A program made the position numbers and the translations under genes. A stretch of DNA of 64,000 nucleotides from Ignavibacteriota bacterium (GTDB lineage: Bacteria; Bacteroidota; Ignavibacteria; UBA10030; CAVZMI01), in NCBI GenBank assembly GCA_963776275.1, contig CAVZMI010000020.1, positions 255,820-319,819 of the forward strand, given 5' to 3'. The notes below the pieces were generated by a model, which was not told where the DNA came from, ran no database searches, and saw nothing but the letters and a program-made list of their open reading frames with translations. Of this stretch, positions 1 through 11,995 are shown piece after piece; positions within the stretch are counted from its first letter, which is position 1, and each line of letters begins with the position of its first letter.

Positions 1-257
1 CCACGGAACGCTTCGAGACCGTCGGATTTAAATTCATCGGCAATAAATTGGGCGGCCGAATTGAGTTGCGAACTTGGAGTATTACGTCCCATCATCGAAT
101 CGGAAGCCAGAACATCGACATAACGCTTCACGAGAGAGGCAGTGACGACATCCAGTCCCCGATCTTCATCCTCCACCGATCCAAAAATACCGCATCCGAT
201 CAATGAAAGAAGAAATACCAACGCCAGAATATTATTACGAATTCGAAGTCTGTTCAT
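1..257 (-). CDS. M28-family peptidase-like lipoprotein, N-terminal part (runs off window)
   Basis: Manual translation MNRLRIRNNILALVFLLSLIGC...VLASDSMMGRNTPS...AAQFIADEFK; lipobox LIGC; LASD-x-x-x-GR-x-T motif typical of M28 peptidases. Confidence 0.6.
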   Translation of the reverse strand, partial: MNRLRIRNNILALVFLLSLIGCGIFGSVEDEDRGLDVVTASLVKRYVDVLASDSMMGRNTPSSQLNSAAQFIADEFKSDGLEAFR

Positions 258-394
258 TTTTTTGAATTCCTTTGCTAATTTTGAATAAACAGATTTAGAA
301 CAGGCATGATCATGCTTTTTCTTCTTACGGTTTTAATTCATCACTTGTTTCGCCCTGGCTATCCTCTACATGAATGGTCATTTATCCCCATTAT

Positions 395-1510
395 CTATTT
401 TTCTTCCCAATGATGATGGATTTGATCGACGATGAATTTTTGCATGGCAGATTTGTATACCGACCGGTCAAATAAAAGTGAATGCATTCTGATCCGGTGA
501 GGATCAAAAGAGAGCGATTCAAAACGCCTGATGGCTTCGCTGAAGTTTGCCGGTGTCTGGTCATAAAAAAATGTACCGGTCACACCCTCAATTATGGTCT
601 CAAGTGCTCCTCCCTTTCCATACGCGATAACAGGTTTTCCGCTGGCCATTGCTTCGAGCGGAACAATACCAAAATCCTCGATACCGGGAAATAACAGTGC
701 TGTGCAACGCTGATATAGACCAGCGATCTCTTCGTCATTCCTCCAGCCGACTAATGTTACGGTTTCCCCGGCACGGGATCGGAGTGCCTCCTCTTCCGGT
801 CCACTTCCGGCAATTACAAGATTCCGTTTCATTGCATTACAGACATCAATCGCAAGGTCGATGCGTTTGTAGGGTACCAAGGCACCAACGATGAGGAAAA
901 ATCCTTCATCAATATTCGATGCATTAAACCTCGAGACCTCAACCGGAGGGTAAATGACATTCGCCTCCCGATGATAGATACGCTGGATTCGTTCCCGAAC
1001 GAAAGTGGAATTTGCCACAAATTGATCAACACGAGCCGATGATTTTACGTCCCATCGCTGGAGATGTGGGCGGATAATTTTCATTGCTCTACACACGGAG
1101 ACGCTTGCCCGACCCGGCCCAAAATAATCATCGTACATGTCCCACACATAACGCATCGGTGTATGACAATAGCAAATATGCAGTGCACCGGGGCTCGGGC
1201 GAATTCCTTTGGCCGCACAATGACTTGACGATATGATTACATCGAATTCGCTCATGTCAAAATGCCCGATTGCAGCAGGGAACAGCGGTAGATAGTGCCG
1301 ATAGAAACGCTCAGCGTGTGGAAGCTTTTGAATAAAGGAGGTTCGAATCTGCATACGTTCAATGGTCGGTGAAACGCTTCCGGGAATATGCAGCAATGTG
1401 TGAAGCACTGCATCGGGATAGAGTTCGCAGAGAACTTCAAGGCATTTTTCCCCTCCTCGCATCGAAGTGAGCCAGTCGTGTACAAGCGCTATACGAAGCT
1501 GTGGATTCAT
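395..1510 (-). CDS. Glycosyltransferase family 4 (GT-B)
   Basis: VHDWLTSMRGGE N-terminus, HTPMRY, EDFGIVPLEAMASGKPVIA motif. Confidence 0.9.
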   Translation of the reverse strand: MNPQLRIALVHDWLTSMRGGEKCLEVLCELYPDAVLHTLLHIPGSVSPTIERMQIRTSFIQKLPHAERFYRHYLPLFPAAIGHFDMSEFDVIISSSHCAAKGIRPSPGALHICYCHTPMRYVWDMYDDYFGPGRASVSVCRAMKIIRPHLQRWDVKSSARVDQFVANSTFVRERIQRIYHREANVIYPPVEVSRFNASNIDEGFFLIVGALVPYKRIDLAIDVCNAMKRNLVIAGSGPEEEALRSRAGETVTLVGWRNDEEIAGLYQRCTALLFPGIEDFGIVPLEAMASGKPVIAYGKGGALETIIEGVTGTFFYDQTPANFSEAIRRFESLSFDPHRIRMHSLLFDRSVYKSAMQKFIVDQIHHHWEEK

Positions 1511-1586
1511 ATCAAGAAAATATACATGAAAAATTCACGTCGTTCCAACAGAATTTCTTTTTAATCAAACTCAATGGCCTATGAAA

Positions 1587-1647
1587 TGACGCAGGGGGCT
1601 TCAGATAAACGCTTTATAATGCTTCCGTCTATCTTCGCCCCCTGTCA
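1587..1647 (-). terminator. Long imperfect hairpin between FecR gene and GT4 gene
   Basis: TGAC-AGGGGGC...AGATAGACG / CGTTTATCT...GCCCCCT-GTCA arms on minus strand; only a weak U tract. Confidence 0.35.
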
Positions 1648-1688
1648 ATGTAACAAGCTGAATTGTATCGCGATATGTATTTCTTAGT

Positions 1689-2417
1689 TTATTTCTTTTT
1701 CTGAACCCCTATTTTCAGTTTGTGGTTTTGTCCCTGGTTATCCTTGAAATCCATTTCGAAATCCTGGGAACCACCTCCCTCGAGAATTTGTCCTGTATCC
1801 TGAAGATCGCTCTGCTCTTCTCGCGTTATAATGCGGATTTCAATTCTTCCATCCCGATAGGAGATACCAACCTGTCCTGTGCCGACCTCGGTTGATTTTT
1901 GAGACAGGAGATTCAGCAGAACCGCCAATCCGTGAGTCATAAACAGATAATCCGCGCTGTCTTTGTCTGTCGTAAATCGTCCCTTCGATCCACGAATTGA
2001 TGCAACCGATGTCGGCGTCGTAAATTCGAATTTCTCCTTCTCCTGTTTGTTCACATCGAAATCTGTCCCCCCCCGGCTGAGCTCGACGCTTTTTGAAAAT
2101 ACGTTACCCGCAATTTCACCGGCAATGGTGATTTCAGAATTCGGACGTACTTTGAGGAGTGTGTTATCGTTAAACTTCACAACTGCAAATGCGTTCGGTC
2201 CTGTTTTTAGATTATCCTTTGACGCAAGTCGATCGCCCCTCTTTGCTTTTTGCCAGTCGCTGCCCGGTGTTCTGCGATGAACATCGTCTTTAATGATTTT
2301 CATAATTATGGCAATCGGCTGTGCATCCGGAGGGTACAGCATCATTGCCGTTACTGCCACAGCACACAGCACCGGAAGAACTGTGGCAAGAATACGGAAG
2401 AAAAATTTCTTTTTCAT
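1689..2417 (-). CDS. FecR-domain secreted/anchored protein
   Basis: N-terminal hydrophobic segment; D-x-LKTG...AVVKFNDNTLLKVRPNSEI and FTTPTSVASIRGS FecR-like motifs. Confidence 0.8.
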   Translation of the reverse strand: MKKKFFFRILATVLPVLCAVAVTAMMLYPPDAQPIAIIMKIIKDDVHRRTPGSDWQKAKRGDRLASKDNLKTGPNAFAVVKFNDNTLLKVRPNSEITIAGEIAGNVFSKSVELSRGGTDFDVNKQEKEKFEFTTPTSVASIRGSKGRFTTDKDSADYLFMTHGLAVLLNLLSQKSTEVGTGQVGISYRDGRIEIRIITREEQSDLQDTGQILEGGGSQDFEMDFKDNQGQNHKLKIGVQKKK

Positions 2418-2558
2418 GGTTGTGTATCCTTTTTCATGATTCTAGTGTCTCGATTCAAAAATAACTTGAATAAGTCGGAGCGCCCTATAATGCTATTCCA
2501 TCCGATTTCCATTAGTTTTAATCCTATAAATTCTTCAAGTTATTTTTGGTACTCGACA

Positions 2559-3642
2559 CTAGTCGATTGTCATATTAGTAATTTGGAATTCACCCGAACG
2601 TACTTTCTGCAAAAACTCCCCCCAGGTCATTGTAATTCCTCCGAACCGAAGCAGTCCTGTCGGTTCGAATCCCATTTCAAGCAGTCGCGCAATTATCGCT
2701 TGAAACTGCGGACCGGCGATATCTTGAAGCTGATTTAGAATCATTGCCGCCGCTGCGGATCCGGTTTGCTTGGTGATATTGATTTGCCAGATTTCACTCG
2801 AGATTAAATCCTCGGTATTTGCCCCCGACCGGACAATACCCTGCACGAGCCAGTAGTAACTTTTTCCCTGCTCGAGCGGACGCACACCCGCCCCTGAAGC
2901 TTCGTACTGGTAAGTGTTTACTTTTAATAAACGCTTCTGCAAGTTCGGCACCCCGGAGATTGCTTCCTGTGGTGTCTGCATTCCCGGTAATTTTTCATAA
3001 ACCCCAAGAATTACTTCATCGGTATTTGATGACCATTGGAAAACTGGAAACGGATTCGGCCATTCGATACCATTGGAAGGAGCTAATAAATCAACACGAG
3101 ATGGATTTTGTATTATCACGCTCACTGGAAACTCATTAGATTTTGGCATATTCGGCGTTCTACTTTCCAGCCACGCCGTGAACGTGTAGGTACCGTAGGG
3201 GAGCTTTCCTGTTGCCTGAAGTACTTCATTGATTCTCTTTCCGGCGGCATCGACGATTCCACTCTCATTCCCATCAAGCTGTATGCCGTTCGAAGATCCA
3301 AGATCGACATTGGTGATCCTCCTCGTTCCCGAGAGGAGGAACGGTTCCGATATCGCCCGCGCAAGGGGATTCAATTGTGTCCCATCGGCAAGTTGTACCG
3401 TGACATCGAGATGCAGAACGACCGTAGCCTGACGGGATGATGTCATAGTAATAGCAATAAAGGGACGTGAACTGTGGAAATTATCAAAGTCCAGATCCGT
3501 TACCGAAATCTGATCCAAAGAGAGAAGAGTAACTGATACACTCAATGATTGAGCGTAGAGTGCTGGTCCAGTCGCTATCCATAATACCATCGTTAAAAAA
3601 AGTAGCAGCGGGACGAACCATAAGGCGTGCCTGATTTTTCAT
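2559..3642 (-). CDS. Secreted hypothetical protein with Ig-like domains (1-nt homopolymer frameshift at ~3595-3601)
   Basis: ORF 2559..3590 lacks a full signal peptide; removing one T from the T-run joins MKNQARLMVRPAATF to LTMVLWIATGPALYAQ. Confidence 0.65.
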
Positions 3643-3701
3643 ACGATAGCCCTTTATATTATGATAATGTAGTATAAACACTTTTTCATATTTGTGCAAC
3701 C

Positions 3702-5027
3702 TTAAAAGTTTGCTATATCATTGTAGATTACAAAGGCCATAAAGGCAAGCAAGAGGAAAAATCCAACCTGCTGAAAAGCGAGCTTCACTTTACTCGGTAT
3801 CTCCCGGCGGAAGATTGCCTCATACACAAGAAATATGATGTGTCCTCCATCCAGCGCCGGAAATGGTATGATATTTAAAATAGCCAGACTGACACTGAGA
3901 AGGGCCAGAAATCCAAAAAAACTCCCGAGGCCAAATTCTGCCGACCGGGTTGCAAGTTGAGCAATGCGAATCGGTCCACCGACCGTTTTCCCAAATGGCG
4001 TCTTCCCGATGACAACCTGCCATATCGATTTCCCGAATAGAACCGTTACATTCCAGATCTCGCCTACACCTCGAGGGAGAGCCTCAAGAATTGTATATTG
4101 ATATCGTTTAATCGGGCCGGTAAATGGTTTCGGTTCCTGCACGATGCCAATTTTTCCATCAGGATCTGGAACGACTTTCCCGTTGAACATTGAGTCGCCC
4201 CGCATCCATTGTATCGATACTTCTTTTCCAACATTTGCTTTAACAATCTTCAGTACCTGCTGAGCAACAGCAATATGGACATCATTCAAGGATATGATGA
4301 CATCCTTCGATTTCAATCCGACTCGTTCTGCCGGACGATTCTTTTCAACACTGTTAACCATCACCACGCCGGGAGAACCTGCTGGTAGCAATCCAAAAAA
4401 GTCTTCTGTAAGATCGGGAACCAATTTCCGCGGAACAGGTATCGTGCATGTCGCTTCATGACGCAGAATAGTAAATGTCAAATCGTTTCCCATATCTTCA
4501 ATGTACATTGCATTTTGGATATCATCCCAGCTTTCTACCCGTTTACCGTTGATTGTTATGATCTTATCGTCCTGCTGGAATCCGGCGATCTCTGCATTAC
4601 TTTGTTGAACAACAATACCGACTTCCGTCGTATCGATCACTACTCTCCCATTGACATAATTGATCCCCCAAAAAATCAAGATTGCGAGCAGGAGATTCAT
4701 AATCACTCCCGCTGCCATGACGATCATTCTCTGCCAGATCGGTTTCGACCGGAACTCCCACGGCTGCGGTTCATGATTGAGAAATTCCGTATCGAAGCTT
4801 TCATCGATCATCCCGGCAATTTTCACATATCCCCCGATGGGAATCCATGAAATGCAGTAGTCGGTCTCGCCGATTTTCCGTCCGAACGCACGCGGTGGAA
4901 AACCTATTGAGAATATATCAACGCGCATGCCGAAAAGTTTGGCTGCGAGAAAATGACCAAGCTCATGTACCAGGACAAGAATTCCAATAGTTATGATGAA
5001 ATAGAATATTGTTACAATTACACCCAT
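3702..5027 (-). CDS. rseP: RIP metalloprotease RseP (M50, two PDZ domains)
   Basis: HELGH, PIGGYV, NIIPFPALDGG motifs; follows dxr. Confidence 0.95.
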   Translation of the reverse strand: MGVIVTIFYFIITIGILVLVHELGHFLAAKLFGMRVDIFSIGFPPRAFGRKIGETDYCISWIPIGGYVKIAGMIDESFDTEFLNHEPQPWEFRSKPIWQRMIVMAAGVIMNLLLAILIFWGINYVNGRVVIDTTEVGIVVQQSNAEIAGFQQDDKIITINGKRVESWDDIQNAMYIEDMGNDLTFTILRHEATCTIPVPRKLVPDLTEDFFGLLPAGSPGVVMVNSVEKNRPAERVGLKSKDVIISLNDVHIAVAQQVLKIVKANVGKEVSIQWMRGDSMFNGKVVPDPDGKIGIVQEPKPFTGPIKRYQYTILEALPRGVGEIWNVTVLFGKSIWQVVIGKTPFGKTVGGPIRIAQLATRSAEFGLGSFFGFLALLSVSLAILNIIPFPALDGGHIIFLVYEAIFRREIPSKVKLAFQQVGFFLLLAFMAFVIYNDIANF

Positions 5028-5049
5028 ATTAGATTAAACTCCATATTTG

Positions 5050-6191
5050 TTAATACTGTTCAAGAATCATCGCCCGTGTCAAGCGATCGGCTTCGATGAT
5101 ATGAGGAAGTTCCGGATGATCAACAATATGCTGGCGGTCTAGTGCCGTACGAACGATGCGGGGAATATCCGGGAATTGAAGCTTCCGGTTGAGAAAAAGA
5201 TCAACAGCAACTTCATTTGCCGCATTGATAACCGCCGGTGCACTTCCTCCCCGACCGATGGCCTCAAAGGCAAGCCCGAGACATTCAAATTTATCGATGT
5301 CCGGTTCAACGAATGTCATTTCGCGAAAAGTCGAAAAATCCAGTCGTTCCCAATGCGAGGATATACGCTTCGGGTACGTCAGGGCATATTGGATTGGAAT
5401 TTTCATGTCCGGAATGCCGAGTTGTGCCTTTATCGATCCATCTATAAATTCCACCATTGAATGTATAATCGATTGAGGATGAATAACAACATCGATTTTT
5501 TCTGGAGGGATGTGAAACAACCAGCGGGCTTCGATAACTTCAAGTCCTTTATTCATTAACGTTGCCGAATCAATCGTGATTTTATTCCCCATTTTCCAAT
5601 TTGGATGCTTCAATGCCTCATCGACCGTAATGGAACAGAAATCTTCTTTATTTCGGGTGTAAAACTGACCGCCCGAAGCCGTGAGAATCAGCCGAAGCAC
5701 AGTCGCGGGGCCTCACCCGCCAGACATTGCATAATCGCGCTATGTTCACTATCGATCGGAAGGATTTTCACGCCATATTCATCGACAAGGCCGGTTATGA
5801 TTTCCCCCGCGACAACAAGTGTCTCTTTATTCGCCAGGGCAATGGTTTTCCGATGTCTAATCGCCTCAATTGTCGGCCTGAGTCCTGCAAAACCCACAAG
5901 AGAATTTATGACAAGGTCTACATCATCGCGGCGGACGATTTCGAGAAGCCCTTTCTCGCCAACGAGGACTTCAGTAGTTCCTTTCAGTGTCTCTGACAAA
6001 GCAGCAGCGGCACGATGATCGAGAACAACAACCCCCTTTGGAGAAAACCTTCGAATCTGTTCGTTGAGCAACTCGATATTCCTGTTGGTTGTCAGGTAGG
6101 TTGCTCGAAACTGATCAGGGATGGTCTGTATAACTTCAAGACTGTTTCGTCCGATCGATCCGGTTGAACCAAGTATTGCAATATTTCTCAT
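5050..6191 (-). CDS. dxr: 1-deoxy-D-xylulose 5-phosphate reductoisomerase (apparent frameshift at 5710)
   Basis: LGSTGSIG, LANKETLV, PIDSEHSAI in one frame; HPNWKMGNKITIDSATLMNKGLE in another; restoring one A (GAGGACCCC) joins them. Confidence 0.95.
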
Positions 6192-6353
6192 AACAGATAG
6201 AAGGTACAGAAATACGGCGTATGAGTCAAGGAATGAGGATTGAGTACGCGAACAAAACCTCATTTTCCCTTGTTATTATTAAACAGTTTATGATAAGAAA
6301 AAATCTCAACTTATTAGCTTTTTCATCATGAAGCTTTTCTTTATATTATCTCT

Positions 6354-8240
6354 ATGAGATATTGTCGACAAATGTATCGGCGGGGGATTATTGCTGCATG
6401 GGTATTACTTGCGATAACAAGAATATCCGCTCAGGAAGAGGGGAAATTGCACCATCAAGATCAAAATACAATAAAATTCCACCTGGCCGAGGCATATGAG
6501 CGGGCTGGAGATTATATGAAAGCTCTTCCAATCTATGAGCAGCTTCATCACACTGATGAAAATAATCTTGTTTTCTTTGATGCACTCCGCCGGACTTATA
6601 TGCATTTGAAATTGTATGATAGTGCAATTACTATTGTTACAAAACGACTTGATTTCACCGGTAATGATATTTCACTTTTCGGTCTGCTTGGTGACTGCTA
6701 TTATAAGGCTGGAAAAGAGGCCGAGGCATTTTCTACCTGGAACCGGGGGATTGAGGTTTTCAAGAATTCTCCAACCGCATACCGTGTGATCGCGAATTAC
6801 CTTATCGAAAACCGATTGCATGACAAAGCCATTAAAATGCTCATTGATGGACGCCGGCAAGATTCCGAACGTTCTTCCATAACCGAGGAAATTGGATTGT
6901 TGTATACTATGATGTTCCGCTACGAAGATGCGACCCGCGAATATCTCTCGATTGTTACCGAAAAAGGATTGCCGATGATGGAGGTCATACGGCAACGAAT
7001 TAGTTCGTATATAGTCAAACCGGAAGCTCTTAGTGCAGCTCTAAAGGTCGCTCAAGCAGAAACCGCCCGTCATGAAGATAATGTAGCTCTTCAAATGTTG
7101 CTTGCCTGGCTATATCAAGAGGCAAAAAGGTACGATGATGCATTTGTAGTGTATAAAAACATCGATGCACTGCTCAAAGCGCAGGGACGAGAGATATTGA
7201 ATTTTGCCGAACGGATTTCGAAGGAGCGTGCATTCCCGACTGCAGCAAAGGCATTCAGGGAATATATTGATCACTATCCTGCACAAACAGCAATTCCCCA
7301 GGCAAAATATGGATATGCTCGAGTACTGGAAGAATTGGGCACACAACCTGATACGTCGGGTGAGACAACGAATCTCACGGCCGACCGCCGCTCACTGCTT
7401 ACAGAGGCCATTAAATATTATAACGCCCTGGCAAGCGAACATCCGCAATCACAGTATGCCCGACTTGCCCTTTATAGGATTGCACTGGTGAAGTTCAACA
7501 TATATTTTGATATCGATGGCGCCCTTCGTGCACTCGATGAAATTCGCCACCGATATGCCGATTCTGAAACAAATCCCGACGTTGTCATCACCACCGGTGA
7601 TATCTATATTGCACGCGGTGAACTCGACAGTGCTCTTTATTCATATCGGGTACTCCTCAGAAACTATGCGGTCCAGGGGCAGACTCAGAAGAATCTTGCA
7701 TCGTTTAAGTGTATTCAGATTGAATACTATCGCGGCGAATTCGACAGCGCATTAACCCACCTTGCTCCGCTGGCTCAAGAAACAACGTCGGACATCGCAA
7801 ATGACGCCATAAAACTCCAGATGTTCATTCAATACCACCGGAAAGGTCAGGAAGATGCTCTCAAAATATATGCACATGCCGAGCTTTTGTCGCGTCAGCA
7901 TAAATACATGGAGGCTATTGCATTTCTTGAGGATATTACCAAACGTTTTCCGAGCTCGCTGTTACTTGACGATGCATTGATTCTAACTGGAGACCTGTAC
8001 AGATCCGCCGGTCGATTTTCTAATGCACTCGATGCATATCAACGACTTGTAAAAGAATATCCGGAAAGCATTTTTGCCGATAGGTCACTTTTTGCCACTG
8101 CCGAAATATATCACCATGAAATGCACGAAAAAGAAAAAGCCATTACACTTTATGAATCGTTGCTCGAACGATTTCCGGATTCATTTCTTGTCGGTGAAGC
8201 GCGAAAACGGATCAGGATACTTCGTGGAGACACCCTATGA
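6354..8240 (+). CDS. Secreted tetratricopeptide repeat protein
   Basis: Signal peptide followed by many TPR units (YfgM/BamD-like 'YP-x-S' motifs). Confidence 0.85.
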   Translation: MRYCRQMYRRGIIAAWVLLAITRISAQEEGKLHHQDQNTIKFHLAEAYERAGDYMKALPIYEQLHHTDENNLVFFDALRRTYMHLKLYDSAITIVTKRLDFTGNDISLFGLLGDCYYKAGKEAEAFSTWNRGIEVFKNSPTAYRVIANYLIENRLHDKAIKMLIDGRRQDSERSSITEEIGLLYTMMFRYEDATREYLSIVTEKGLPMMEVIRQRISSYIVKPEALSAALKVAQAETARHEDNVALQMLLAWLYQEAKRYDDAFVVYKNIDALLKAQGREILNFAERISKERAFPTAAKAFREYIDHYPAQTAIPQAKYGYARVLEELGTQPDTSGETTNLTADRRSLLTEAIKYYNALASEHPQSQYARLALYRIALVKFNIYFDIDGALRALDEIRHRYADSETNPDVVITTGDIYIARGELDSALYSYRVLLRNYAVQGQTQKNLASFKCIQIEYYRGEFDSALTHLAPLAQETTSDIANDAIKLQMFIQYHRKGQEDALKIYAHAELLSRQHKYMEAIAFLEDITKRFPSSLLLDDALILTGDLYRSAGRFSNALDAYQRLVKEYPESIFADRSLFATAEIYHHEMHEKEKAITLYESLLERFPDSFLVGEARKRIRILRGDTL

Positions 8241-9518
8241 CTCGTGGAAAAATTAGTCTCTTCATCCTTCTAATATTGTGCCTGACATCCGTTCCAACTG
8301 CAATCGGACAGAAAATACTTGTACCGATCGAACCTCAGGCAGACCGATCACCTGAAAGCATACGGAATCGCATTTTTTGCGTTGAATAATGGAGTCGATG
8401 TCAACTGGTTGCTTAATTACCGCGGCGGTTCGTTTATGTTCGATGCACACGATGAATTTGCCCGTGAATGCCGAATCCGTGGAGTTACATTCGAAACACT
8501 TTCAGGAATACAGACCAGCCAAATCCTTGCTGAAGTACAGCAGGAAGGAAACAACATGGACGTTGTGCTTCTTGAAAAAGTGCCCAAGATTGCAGTCTAT
8601 GTGCCGCCGAACTTCAAACCATGGGATGATGCGGTAACCCTCGCGCTAGAATATGCCGAGATCCCCTACGAAAAAGTTTGGGATGAAGAGGTGCTCCAGG
8701 GAAAATTACAGAAATACGACTGGCTTCATCTGCATCACGAGGATTTTACAGGCCAGTACGGGAAATTCTACATGAACTACGCGTCACAGCAGTGGTATAT
8801 CGATGAACAGGCATTGAATGAAAAGATGGCGATAAAACTTGGCTTCAGGAAAGTCTCCGAGATGAAAAAGTCTGTCGCCCGTGCAATTAAATCATACGTC
8901 GGGAGCGGTGGTTTTCTATTTGCAATGTGTTCGGCCACCGATACCTACGACATCGCATTGGCGGCCGAAAATACCGATATCGTCGATGTCATGTTTGATG
9001 GCGATCCGCCGGATCCTGATGCACAGAAGAAACTTGATTATAGCAAGACATTTGTATTCGAGAATTTCACGCTGGTGATGAATCCATTGATTTATGAATA
9101 CTCCGATATTGATTTCCCTCCAAGCGATCCCATTCCATTGATGGATCTGAATACCGATTACTTTACGCTCTTCGAATTTTCAGCAAAATACGACCCTGTC
9201 CCGACAATGCTCACTCAAAATCATATCAACGTGATTAAGGGTTTCATGGGACAAACCACAGGTTTCAAAAAGAAACTGATCAAGCGATCTGTGATCATAC
9301 TTGCCCAGAAGGAAGGAACCGAGCAGGTTAAATATCTTCACGGGAATTTCGGACGAGGGACGTTTACTTTTTACGGCGGTCATGATCCCGAAGATTACCA
9401 GCATGCTGTATGGGATCCGCCGACCGATCTGGCCCTGCACAAGAACTCGCCCGGTTACCGGTTGATTTTGAATAACGTCCTTTTCCCGGCGGCAAAAAAG
9501 AAACAACAAAAAACATAA
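8237..9518 (+). CDS. Conserved secreted FCB-group protein (often auto-annotated 'asparagine synthetase B'); apparent frameshift at ~8329
   Basis: ATGA overlap with upstream gene; MTRGKISLFILL...KILVP joins (MD)LRQTDHLKAYG; WLLNYRGGSF, DWLHLHHEDFTGQYGKF, GGHDPEDYQH motifs. Confidence 0.75.
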
Positions 9519-9544
9519 ACACCATATCCATCACTTCGGTTGTT

Positions 9545-10246
9545 ATGAGACTTGCAATTCTATCGGACATACACGGCAACCTCGAGGCACTCACTGCCGT
9601 GGAGCGGCTTCTCCCTTCACTCAATATTGATGAAATTATCTGCCTCGGTGATATTATCGGATATGGTGCGGATCCAAATCCATGTATCGAATATATTCGT
9701 GCGAATGCAAAAATTGTTGTGCGCGGAAATCACGATGCAGCGATCGTCGATCACTCCATAATCGATTCTTTTACTCAAAGGGCAGCGGCGGCAGTACGGT
9801 GAACCATCGGACAATTAGCACCTGCGAACTTCGAATATCTCGCATCACTTCCTCTTCTTGTAACAGCTCATAATTGTACCTTTGTCCATTCATCGCCGTT
9901 TCAACCTGAAGAATGGGATTACATCGTTCATCCCATTCAAACTCTCGGATTATTCCGGAACTTTTCCACACCGTTATGTTTTATCGGTCATACGCACATT
10001 CCGGTCATCTTCAGTGAGGGCACAATAGCATCATCAATCGACCGTAAGAAGAAATTTTTAGTGAATCCGGGAAGTATCGGGCAACCCCGTAATGGAGATC
10101 CGAGATTATGTTTTGGTATTCTCGATACCGACCAATGGACATTCAATTTCATACGATCGTCATATGATGTTGAGACTGCCGCAAAGAAGATTATTTCGGT
10201 GGGACTTCCGGTTTCTTTGGGTGAACGGCTTTATTTCGGCACATAA
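9545..10246 (+). CDS. Calcineurin-like metallophosphoesterase with in-frame TGA at 9800-9802
   Basis: SDIHGN, LGDIIGYG, RGNHD, GHTHIP, NPGSIGQPR motifs all in one frame if TGA is read as Trp. Confidence 0.85.
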
Positions 10247-10297
10247 ATAAAGGCTTCACCAGCTTAGATCGGTCATCGGAAACAGGGAGGTACTCCT

Positions 10298-11995
10298 TTA
10301 TTGGAGCTGTTCCAACGCCTTGAGTTTATCGTTCGCTCGTTGTAAATATTCCTGCGCTGTCTTATGATTGGGATCAATTGCCAGCACTCTTGTGAACAAG
10401 TCGATCGCCGTCTCGTACTCTTCGTTTGAATAAGCATGCTGTCCGTTTTGATAAAGTTCGTCCACGGTATTCCTCAACGAAGCAAGGCACTGCGCCGCGT
10501 ACTTTTTTGCTTCGTCATTCATGGGATCTCTTTCCAGCACGAGCTTGAATGCACTGAGTGCGTCCTGCATTTTCCCGAGTGCAAGCTGTTTTTTCCCCTC
10601 TTCGATAAGCTCCCGGAGTGATAATTTCTCTCTGAGTGAACTTAAACGACGACCCATCTGGCTATTTCCCGGATCGATAATTGCCGCTTTTTCAAAAGCA
10701 TTGCGTGCTGTTTCGAGAAGCGATTGACGCATGGCCATCTCACCGGCATGAATGAGCGAATCAACAACGACTGTTCGTTCAGAATCGATTCTCGCAAGTG
10801 CTTTTTGTGCATGCTTATCGGTCGAATCATACTCGAGAACTCTTTGAAACATCGCGTGAGCCTGACGATACTGCCGCTGTCTCCAGTATCTTTGTCCTGT
10901 TTCAAACGTTATGTCAACAAGAGCGTGCAATTTTTCTTCTGCAGCAACAAGTCTGACACGCGATGAATCATGATGCGGATTGATTGCCAGTGCAGCCCGA
11001 AACATCTGAATCGCATCATAATAACGTTCTTTAATGACGAGCAATTGACCGCGTTCATAATACTCCTCGACTTTTACACGGTAATCGCTCTCTGCTGCTG
11101 ATCGATATTCACGTGCAGGTGAATAATCCCGATCATACATCAAGGCCAGATTGAACGCCTCAATAGCATCACGATATCGCTGCTGTCGGTAGAGCTCAAC
11201 ACCTTCGGTGAAATGCACATCGCGCTTTTCGAACCAGGCTGCTCCGAGCCGTGGTGTAAACGTAACGAGGAGTAAGGTATGATCCACTGCCGCATCAATA
11301 TGGATAAACGGAAATATCAATCCGATACCTCCGCTAAAATTTTTCCCGCGGTCGGTCCCCACACGCAGCGATATCCAATCGAACGGACGGCCTTCAATCC
11401 CGAGCTGGAAACTCCTATTTTCGCTATTAGCCGTACAGCTTGCCTGTACTCTCACCCGATCGCTCATGAGCCAGTATGCAGCGCCGATTCCCCCGAACGG
11501 CTCTTTGTGTTCGGAGTCAAACGTTACATTTTGGAGAAATGCTCCGAGAGAAAGACTCCGAATTATCGATTCGGTTGGAGGCCGGAATAGAAATCCTGCT
11601 CCAAATGTCGGAATAAACGTCTGATCACGTTTTTTTGCCCCGGTGGAAAGTCCGAAAGAAACGGATGAGAAAAATTCGTGTGCAAAACCGAGTGCAATAA
11701 GATCTTTATTCCGGTCGCTATCGGTATTTCTGAATCCTCCAAAGGAGATTGTACCGATCGACGGATCGAAATGTGATGCTCCGAAGAATGTAGTCTGAAA
11801 AAGATGGTAATTCGAGATTACACATTCGGTCTGCCGGACATACGAAAGGCATGCCGGATTCGAAAAGAGAGCCCCGACCGAAGGTTGCCAGGCACTCGAT
11901 GAACGACCGAGTGCCTCGTCATCAGCGCTCACATGCCTGTACTGTGAGACAACGATTGATGGAAAACATATTAGCAGAAAAAACCAAGATTTCAC
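10298..11995 (-). CDS. Secreted protein: PorV/FadL-like beta-barrel N-terminus plus C-terminal TPR array
   Basis: Signal peptide; ALG...ALFSNPACL motif; amphipathic beta segments to ~aa 250; then TPR repeats. Confidence 0.65.
   Translation of the reverse strand: MKSWFFLLICFPSIVVSQYRHVSADDEALGRSSSAWQPSVGALFSNPACLSYVRQTECVISNYHLFQTTFFGASHFDPSIGTISFGGFRNTDSDRNKDLIALGFAHEFFSSVSFGLSTGAKKRDQTFIPTFGAGFLFRPPTESIIRSLSLGAFLQNVTFDSEHKEPFGGIGAAYWLMSDRVRVQASCTANSENRSFQLGIEGRPFDWISLRVGTDRGKNFSGGIGLIFPFIHIDAAVDHTLLLVTFTPRLGAAWFEKRDVHFTEGVELYRQQRYRDAIEAFNLALMYDRDYSPAREYRSAAESDYRVKVEEYYERGQLLVIKERYYDAIQMFRAALAINPHHDSSRVRLVAAEEKLHALVDITFETGQRYWRQRQYRQAHAMFQRVLEYDSTDKHAQKALARIDSERTVVVDSLIHAGEMAMRQSLLETARNAFEKAAIIDPGNSQMGRRLSSLREKLSLRELIEEGKKQLALGKMQDALSAFKLVLERDPMNDEAKKYAAQCLASLRNTVDELYQNGQHAYSNEEYETAIDLFTRVLAIDPNHKTAQEYLQRANDKLKALEQLQ

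Noticed and set aside
8237-9518. Calling the gene asnB
   Set aside because: It has a signal peptide and lacks the N-terminal Cys-Gly and SGGLDS motifs of true asparagine synthetase B
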